NCBI GenBank assembly: GCA_036336835.1
Contig: JAYZFK010000011.1
Location: 1 to 44,116 of the forward strand
Length of the DNA stretch: 44,116 bases
Source of the DNA: Myxococcota bacterium
GTDB taxonomy: Bacteria > Myxococcota_A > UBA9160 > UBA4427
Direction: 5' to 3'
The notes beneath the pieces were generated by a model. It had not been told where the DNA came from. It did not search any database and was given only the letters and a program-made list of their open reading frames with translations. Positions within the stretch are counted from its first letter, which is position 1. Every line of letters begins with the position of its first letter. This document shows, piece after piece, positions 37,710-44,116 of the stretch. The position numbers and the translations under genes are program-made.

Positions 37710-39161
37710 TCAGCCGCGGAGTTCGCGCCTGGTCCAGCGACCCGTGGCCATGTACAGGCCCGTGGCGGTCGTGCTGACGAAGCTACCCGCGAGAGTGCCG
37801 ACGAACACGCCGGTCGGACCCCAGCCGAGCCCCTCCGCCAGCCCGAAGCCAACGGGCAACGTGACGCCCAGCGCCCCGACGATCGAGATCAGCATGGGAG
37901 CCGTCATGTCGCCAGCGCCCTGCAGCCCGCGCATGAACACGAAGTGGAACGCCCACAGACAGAAGCCCGCGCCCTGGTAGAGAAAGAGCTCGCTGCCGAT
38001 GCGGATTACCTCTGGATCGGTCGCCAGCAGCTCCATGATCTCGGTGCGGAAGAGCACCAGCCCGCCGGCAAGGGGCCAGAGGATCGCCACGTTGCAGGCG
38101 ATGCCCACGCCGATCGATCGCCAGGCGCGATCCACCCGCCCGGCGCCCAGGTTCTGGCCGACGAGCGTGGCGCACGCGCCAGCCAGCGGAAAGGCGATCG
38201 CGGGTCCCATCATGCTGATGCGCAGCCCGATCGAGTAGGCGGCCTGCGCCTGCTCGCCCATCGAGCCGAGCAGGCGGATGAAGAAGACGGCGACCAGGAA
38301 CTGGCTCGTCATCTGGATCGCGGGCGCCCACGACAAGCTCACGATCTGGCGGATCACGCTCCAGTCCGGCCACAGGTGACGGACGTGCAAGCGGACCCGC
38401 GCATCGCGCCCGACGATGATGCGCAGTGCAATCGCTCCGCTCGCGAGCTGCCCGACCAGGACCCCCCAGACCACGCCCTGCACGCCGAGCACCGGCATGC
38501 CCAGGTTGCCGAAGATCAGCGCCCACTCCGCGAGCAGCGTGACGATCGTGCTCACGAGGATCACTACCAGTGGCGTGGTGGTATCGCCCGCGCCGTTCAT
38601 GATCGCTCCGAACATCGTGTGGAGGACGAAGCCGAAGCTGAGCAGGAAGGTGAGCCGCAGGTAGGGCGTGCCGATCGCCAGCACCGTGGGCGAAACGTTC
38701 ATCAGCGACAGCATGGGCTCGGCATACAGCAGGCCAACCATGGCGAACAGAAGCGAGACACCGAGCCCGAGCGCAAACACCTGTCCCGCCACGTGGTCGG
38801 CCGACTCGCGATCCCCTGCGCCGATGTTGCGAGCGAGGAGTGCCTGGGCGCCGGTGGCCGCGCCCATCATCATCATGAAGATCACCTGGCGGAGGCTCTG
38901 GTTGGACACCACGATGGCGGTGACCGAGTCCTCGCCCAGCCGCGTGATGAACGACAGGTCGACCAGCTGCAGCACCAGACCGCCGAGAACGCTCGAGAGC
39001 ATGAGCGGGATGGACAACACCCACATCGATCGCACGAGGCTGCCGCGCGTGTGGTCGCGCTGGGTGAGGCGTTGCCAGCGACCCGGCGGCTCGCCGCCGC
39101 CGGGGTAATCGGTCGCGGGCGCACTCGAGCTCTGCAGGGTGGTCACTCCATCAGACTGCAC
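37710..39161 (-). CDS. MATE family efflux transporter
   Basis: About 12 TM; ARNIGAGD, GAGDTTTP, VGQNLGAG, GAGDMTAP. Confidence 0.92.
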   Translation of the reverse strand: MQSDGVTTLQSSSAPATDYPGGGEPPGRWQRLTQRDHTRGSLVRSMWVLSIPLMLSSVLGGLVLQLVDLSFITRLGEDSVTAIVVSNQSLRQVIFMMMMGAATGAQALLARNIGAGDRESADHVAGQVFALGLGVSLLFAMVGLLYAEPMLSLMNVSPTVLAIGTPYLRLTFLLSFGFVLHTMFGAIMNGAGDTTTPLVVILVSTIVTLLAEWALIFGNLGMPVLGVQGVVWGVLVGQLASGAIALRIIVGRDARVRLHVRHLWPDWSVIRQIVSLSWAPAIQMTSQFLVAVFFIRLLGSMGEQAQAAYSIGLRISMMGPAIAFPLAGACATLVGQNLGAGRVDRAWRSIGVGIACNVAILWPLAGGLVLFRTEIMELLATDPEVIRIGSELFLYQGAGFCLWAFHFVFMRGLQGAGDMTAPMLISIVGALGVTLPVGFGLAEGLGWGPTGVFVGTLAGSFVSTTATGLYMATGRWTRRELRG

Positions 39162-39194
39162 GCATCGGGGATCCTTCTCCGATGCAGATCCGGA

Positions 39195-40205
39195 TCAAAC
39201 GCCCGTCACGAAGTCGACCACGATCTTGGCGAGCTCTTCGCCGCGTCCTTCCTGGACGAAGTGTCCCCCGCCTCGAATCGTCTGGTGAGACTGGCCCTTC
39301 GTGCCTGGAATGCGGCGAAGCAACTCCTTGTCGGCTCCTGCGGTGACGGGATCGTTGTCGCTGAAGGCGCACAGGAAGGGCTTCTCCCACTTCGAAAGCA
39401 CTTCCCAGGCCTTCAAGTTCGCCGGAAGGGAGGGGTCGTCCGAAAGCGTGGGAACCTGGCTCGGCATGGCCCGCGGGCCCATCTTGAACGACGGGTCGGG
39501 GAAGGGAGCGTCGTAGGCCGCCACCTCCGCGGGTGACAGCGTGCGACCGTCGACCACGCCGGCAACCGTGAGAGCGACCGGCAGGTCCTCGCTCTCCCAG
39601 GTCCATTTCTGCCAGTAGGCGAAGGTCGCCTCGGGTCGCTCGCGGTCCGGGTTCGACAGCGCGTTCATGACCTCGGGAATCGTGAGCGGCGGTGTGTTGG
39701 CGCGCCACTCGCGCACCGCTCTGGCCCGCTCTTCGGAAACACCCTCGGGCGCAGGAAGCCCGCTGTTGGCGATGACCACGCTCGCGAAGCGCTCCGGGTT
39801 CTCGGCCACCATGCGAAGTCCGATGAGCCCGCCCCAGTCCTGCCCAACGAGCGTGGCGTCCCGGATGTCGTTCTCGACGAGCCAGGCGGTGAGCCAGTCG
39901 ACCTGGCGTTGATAGCTGAAGTCCTCGCGGCGGGACGGCTTGTCCGAGCGGCCAAAGCCCACCAGGTCCGGCGCGACCACACGGAGCCCGGCACCCGCGA
40001 TGATCGGAATCATGTGACGGTAGAGATAGCTCCAGGTCGGTTGGCCGTGCATGCAGAGAACCGGCTTCGCGTCGGCCGGTCCTGCCTCGACGTGGTGGAT
40101 CCGAAGCTCCCCTCCCTCTCCGTCGGGCACGTTCGTGTAGTGAGGAGAGAAGGGATAGCCGGGGAGGTTGTCGAAGCGAGAATCGGGCGTGCGAAGGGTT
40201 TGCAT
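39195..40205 (-). CDS. Haloalkane dehalogenase (HLD-I-like alpha/beta hydrolase)
   Basis: LRTPDSRF, HGQPTWSYLY, PDLVGFGRSDKP, GQDWGG (nucleophile Asp plus Trp), AYDAPFP, FSDNDPVT, GHFVQE; AGGAG RBS. Confidence 0.9.
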   Translation of the reverse strand: MQTLRTPDSRFDNLPGYPFSPHYTNVPDGEGGELRIHHVEAGPADAKPVLCMHGQPTWSYLYRHMIPIIAGAGLRVVAPDLVGFGRSDKPSRREDFSYQRQVDWLTAWLVENDIRDATLVGQDWGGLIGLRMVAENPERFASVVIANSGLPAPEGVSEERARAVREWRANTPPLTIPEVMNALSNPDRERPEATFAYWQKWTWESEDLPVALTVAGVVDGRTLSPAEVAAYDAPFPDPSFKMGPRAMPSQVPTLSDDPSLPANLKAWEVLSKWEKPFLCAFSDNDPVTAGADKELLRRIPGTKGQSHQTIRGGGHFVQEGRGEELAKIVVDFVTGV

Positions 40206-40399
40206 GACGACTCCTGTGCGGGAAACGAGGCCGTGGGCCGATCCAGAGCGCCAGATGACGCGGGCGGGAGTAGACTGCCTCGAGGGCGGGGCGAAACGTC
40301 TCGCAGAGAACGCCCGGAAGAGTCGGACGGTTCGTGCCTCCCCCATCTCGGCGAGCCGACGGCTGCGCGTCGAGCTCGGGAGCCTGAAGGGAGCGAGAC

Positions 40400-41608
40400 A
40401 TGATCGAGCACAGCGACAAAGTACTCTCGTTGATGTCCCAGGTCGACGCATTCATGGAGGAGCACATCTTCCCGCGCGAGCTCGACTTCGCCGAGTGGGT
40501 AGAGGACGAACAGAACCAGTGGCTCTATCCGCCCTGGTTCGAAGCGCTGAAGGCAAAGGCCAAGCAAGCGGGAATCTGGAACTGGTTCCTCCCGAAGGAG
40601 TACGAAGACTGGAGCCCCGGCCTGACGAACCTCGAGTTCGCACCGATCATGGAGCGCATGGCGCGCGTCCAGTGGGCACAGGAGGTGTTCAACTGCAGCG
40701 CCCCGGATCGCGGCAACATGGAGGTGCTCGCGCGCTTCGGCAGCAAGGCCCAGCAGAAGCAGTGGCTCGAGCCGTTGATGGAGGGCGAGATCCGCTCTGC
40801 CTTCTCGATGACCGAGCCTGCGGTCGCGTCTTCCGACGCCACGAACCTCGAGACGACGATCGTCCGCGACGGCGACGAGTACGTCGTCAACGGGCGCAAG
40901 TGGTTCACGTCGAACGCCTACAATCCGCTCTGCAAGCTGCTCGTGGTGATGGGCAAGACCGACCCCGAAGCCACCAAGCACGAGCAGTTCTCGATGATCC
41001 TGGTGCCGAAGGACACACCGGGCGTCGTGCTCGAGCGCCCGCTGCGGGTCTTCGGGCGCGTCCACTCGCCCGGCGGCCACGCCCAGGTGCTCTACGACGA
41101 TGTCCGCGTGCCGGCGGAGAACCTGATCCTGGGCGAAGGCCGCGGCTTCGAGATCGCGCAAGGCCGGCTGGGACCCGGCCGCTTCCAGTACGCGATGATG
41201 TTCGTCGGCATGGCCCAACGCTGCCTCGAGCTCATGTGTCAGCGCGTCGAGAGCCGCGTCGCGTTCGGCGAGAAGCTGTCGCAGAAGACCAGCATCCAGC
41301 ACGAGATCGCGCGATCGCGCTGCGAGATCGAGCAATGCCGAATGCTGGTGCTCGCGGCCGCCGACAAGATGGACAAGTACGGAGCCAAGGGCGCGCGCGA
41401 CTACATTTCGATGGTGAAGATCATCGCTCCGCAGATGTGCCAGAACGTGGCCGAGCGAGCCATCCAGGCGCACGGCGGGATGGGTGTCACCCAGGACACC
41501 CCGATCTCGCACATCTACATGTCGAGCCGCTACTGCCGGATCGCCGACGGCCCGGACGAGGTCCACATGTCGCAGCTCGCGCGAAGGACGATCCGGGACC
41601 TGCTGTGA
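40400..41608 (+). CDS. Acyl-CoA dehydrogenase, ACAD10/11 (FadE2)-like paralog
   Basis: [46 protein letters not shown]. Confidence 0.93.
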   Translation: MIEHSDKVLSLMSQVDAFMEEHIFPRELDFAEWVEDEQNQWLYPPWFEALKAKAKQAGIWNWFLPKEYEDWSPGLTNLEFAPIMERMARVQWAQEVFNCSAPDRGNMEVLARFGSKAQQKQWLEPLMEGEIRSAFSMTEPAVASSDATNLETTIVRDGDEYVVNGRKWFTSNAYNPLCKLLVVMGKTDPEATKHEQFSMILVPKDTPGVVLERPLRVFGRVHSPGGHAQVLYDDVRVPAENLILGEGRGFEIAQGRLGPGRFQYAMMFVGMAQRCLELMCQRVESRVAFGEKLSQKTSIQHEIARSRCEIEQCRMLVLAAADKMDKYGAKGARDYISMVKIIAPQMCQNVAERAIQAHGGMGVTQDTPISHIYMSSRYCRIADGPDEVHMSQLARRTIRDLL

Positions 41609-41625
41609 GCCGATGGCCGGGCGGG

Positions 41626-43671
41626 CTAGCTCGCAGGCCGATAGTGGATCGGTGACGACCAGGCCCGTTCCTGGAGCGTCGTTGGCAGGTCCGAGCGCGG
41701 TGGCACGTCGGCGCGAAGAGCATCCCAGGTCGACCAACGACACGTGGGGTTCTCGAGCACGCGTGCGTAGTAGAACGCGCGCTCGTCGGGGTCGAAACTC
41801 GGATCGCTCCAGAGCGTTCTGAGCTGGGCTGCGCCATCGCCGGAGACCGAGCAATCGGACAGGTCCACCCGGGCGCCGTTGTCGGGACAGCGATGGGTGA
41901 CGGGATCGACTGGGGCGCCGGCCGAACAGGCGACGTCGTACACGCGCTCGAAGGTCTCGCCCTCCGAATCGATCCATCCCTTTATGATCTGCAGACGCTG
42001 GAGAGGCGTGGTCGCGGCGTCGGCGAGCGCCCACACGAGGAAGTGCGGCGCGGCACCTGCCCGCGCGGCCAGATCACTTCCCATCGTCACGCCGCCGGCG
42101 TACGCGCGGGCGACGACATCGGACGCGTCCAGCATCCCGGGCTCGAAGTCGTATCCAGCGAAGAAGCGCAGCCGGATGCGCGGGCCCGACGTCGCGAAGG
42201 TCTCCTTGCGCCGAAAGGCCCGGTAGATGGCCTCCCGCGTATTCTCCTCCGCCCAGACCGCCGCCAATCCCGAAGCACTGTACGTGGGGGAAGCCGCCCC
42301 GACGTAGGTCTCGCCGTCCACTTCCGTGGTCGTCTCGGGCGCAGCGACGCGAAGCGCGGTCCCCATCAGCCACGGGAAGGGAACCGAGCCGCGCAGTGCG
42401 GCCGTCGCACTCAGCAGCCCGAGCTTCGAAACGAAGTTGGACTCGTCGTTCTCCGAAGCCCCGGTATGGGTATCGCTCGAGCCGATCAAGCCGAAGTCAT
42501 AGGGGTTCCGGACGCCCTGGCTCTCGAGAGCCAGCCCCCGACGCAGCGCGTCGCGCACGTAGCTGCCAGCCGGCTCGCTCGGCAGCATGGTGGCGACGCG
42601 ATAGGGCATGATCTCGAAGTCGGCCCACTCGTCGCGGGTCGACAGCAGGGGATGCGTCTCGGAGGTGCCCTTGATCTGCGTGATCTCGACCAGCGGCTCG
42701 TTGCGGATCCGCAGCTCTGCATAGGCGTCGTCGATCGGATCCCCGGCCCAGTCCACGAGCTTGAACATCTGGCCGTTCGAGCCGTTCGAGTTGTGGGGAA
42801 TCGCCAGGCTCTCGACCCCCTGCTGCCGCAGCGCGTCCATCCACTCCCAGAGATCCTCCGGATTCCCGGAGTGGAATCGCGAGAACGGAACCGCCGGGAG
42901 TCTGTCGCTCCCCTCGAAGATCACGTTGCGGTGCAGGTTGCCAAAGCCTTCGCTCCAGGTGGTGTACTCGTAGCCGACGAAGGTCGTGAAGCGGCCGGGA
43001 TCGTTGAACAGATCCGCCGCGTCGATCGTATCGCGCCACGCACTTCGGGTGATGTCGAGCACCGTCTCGCGCTCGAGCTGCCCGTCCGCGATGGCGGACA
43101 CCATTCCTGGAATGAAATTCCCGAAGGTGCTGATGCGACCGAGCAAGCTCAGAGTGCCCCTGTTGTCCGGTGCATTGAGATCGTTGAGCGGAAGGGCGAT
43201 CTCGTGCCTGGAGAATTCCGTCGTCGTGTCCCCTGCTGCGTCTCCGACGCCGAGAAACATCGCGTGATCCGTCACCGCATAGAAGTCGAGGGGCTGCGCC
43301 AGCTGGAGATCGAAACCAGCTGGATGAGCAATCGCCTCGCCCAGGGCGAAGCGATAGGCGTCGTAGGGCGTGGCGAGGGTGCCGAGCGAGTAGGCATCGA
43401 AGGAATAGGTGGTGTGTACGTGGAGGTCGCCAAAGAACGCCAACCGATCCGGATCAGGTGCCGGGCGCCCGCGCTCGAGCATCTCGTCCTGGATCTCGAA
43501 GATGGCCTGGGTACCGGACTGCTGGCCACCACCCGGGCCGGTCGTCACGACGGAGCCCACGTCCCCGCCCTCGCAGCCCAGCCAGACGAGCGTCGCGACG
43601 AGCGCAACGAGCCTACGACTTCTCGATATACCCAGCCCCGAATCCCCGTCGAACGCAGCCGATGCAGCCAT
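41626..43671 (-). CDS. DUF3604-domain protein (PHP-like metal-binding), probable lipoprotein
   Basis: WLGC lipobox, FFGDLHVHT..SFD, DFYAVTDH, NLHRNVIF, IPHNSNGSNG, SSDTH, QERAWSSPI. Confidence 0.88.
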   Translation of the reverse strand: MAASAAFDGDSGLGISRSRRLVALVATLVWLGCEGGDVGSVVTTGPGGGQQSGTQAIFEIQDEMLERGRPAPDPDRLAFFGDLHVHTTYSFDAYSLGTLATPYDAYRFALGEAIAHPAGFDLQLAQPLDFYAVTDHAMFLGVGDAAGDTTTEFSRHEIALPLNDLNAPDNRGTLSLLGRISTFGNFIPGMVSAIADGQLERETVLDITRSAWRDTIDAADLFNDPGRFTTFVGYEYTTWSEGFGNLHRNVIFEGSDRLPAVPFSRFHSGNPEDLWEWMDALRQQGVESLAIPHNSNGSNGQMFKLVDWAGDPIDDAYAELRIRNEPLVEITQIKGTSETHPLLSTRDEWADFEIMPYRVATMLPSEPAGSYVRDALRRGLALESQGVRNPYDFGLIGSSDTHTGASENDESNFVSKLGLLSATAALRGSVPFPWLMGTALRVAAPETTTEVDGETYVGAASPTYSASGLAAVWAEENTREAIYRAFRRKETFATSGPRIRLRFFAGYDFEPGMLDASDVVARAYAGGVTMGSDLAARAGAAPHFLVWALADAATTPLQRLQIIKGWIDSEGETFERVYDVACSAGAPVDPVTHRCPDNGARVDLSDCSVSGDGAAQLRTLWSDPSFDPDERAFYYARVLENPTCRWSTWDALRADVPPRSDLPTTLQERAWSSPIHYRPAS

Positions 43672-43860
43672 CTTCCCCTCTCCTTCCTGCGGGCGGCGCC
43701 GTTCGACGCCTGCCGGCCCGCGGACGTCGACCTGCCACGTTCAGCATCCGGTCTTCAGCTCACCGCCGCAAAACCCAGTTGACGCAGATGGTTGACGGTG
43801 GGCCCTCCCGGAAGTAGTTCGCAAGAGCACCGTCGAGTGGTCGGGGAGGAGCGCCATCGG

Positions 43861-44116
43861 TCATGGGCGGATCAGGACCTTTCCAGTGGCCTCACGATCA
43901 GCCACGAAGCGCAGGGCTCGGGCGGTCTCTTCGAGCGGGTAGGTCGCGGAGATGTGCGGGACGAGACGGCCTGCGGCGAGCAGGTCGAGTAGCTCGTGCC
44001 GGTCTCGGGCGGCGAGTGCCGGCGCGAATTTGCTGAATGTTCGGATCTCGAATCCCTTCACGATGACGCCCTTCAGCAGCACGAGGTTGAGTGGGATGCT
44101 CGGGATCTCACCGGAC
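43861..44116 (-). CDS. NADPH:quinone oxidoreductase-family (MDR) protein, C-terminal part
   Basis: GEIPSIPLNLVLLKG...PHISATYPLEE...ATGKVLI; runs off the window. Confidence 0.85.
   Translation of the reverse strand, partial: SGEIPSIPLNLVLLKGVIVKGFEIRTFSKFAPALAARDRHELLDLLAAGRLVPHISATYPLEETARALRFVADREATGKVLIRP

Overview
GC-rich, gene-dense 44 kb window from a diderm bacterium (LolA-like sorting protein, lipoproteins, TRAP transporter). The gene content resembles uncultured Myxococcota-type lipid/aromatic degraders; this assignment is inference only. About 38 CDS, nearly all catabolic: five SDRs, a steroid-dehydrogenase-like flavoprotein, TRAP DctPQM, an amidohydrolase, an acyl-CoA synthetase/enoyl-CoA hydratase/phosphotransferase/ACAD10-11-like/CoA-transferase block, three sulfatases, an arylsulfotransferase, a TTQ amine dehydrogenase, cytochrome c, P450, MATE, haloalkane dehalogenase and DUF3604. 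I saw no rRNA, tRNA, CRISPR array or mobile element. Best leads: (1) a stripped-down TTQ amine dehydrogenase operon. Heavy and light chain genes overlap with no mauE/mauD between them, the light chain has lost both partners of one disulfide, the heavy chain has a 35-aa aromatic insertion, a Zn-ADH is translationally coupled, a lipoprotein cytochrome c is divergent, and the run continues co-directionally into arylsulfotransferase-sulfatase-VOC. (2) An lva/ACAD10-11-like phospho-acyl-CoA pathway. (3) An HTTM/SdpA-like gene pair beside a decayed acyl-CoA synthetase remnant. (4) Two related 9-bp tandem arrays and several apparently leaderless genes. All family assignments come from motif recognition by eye; no searches were run.
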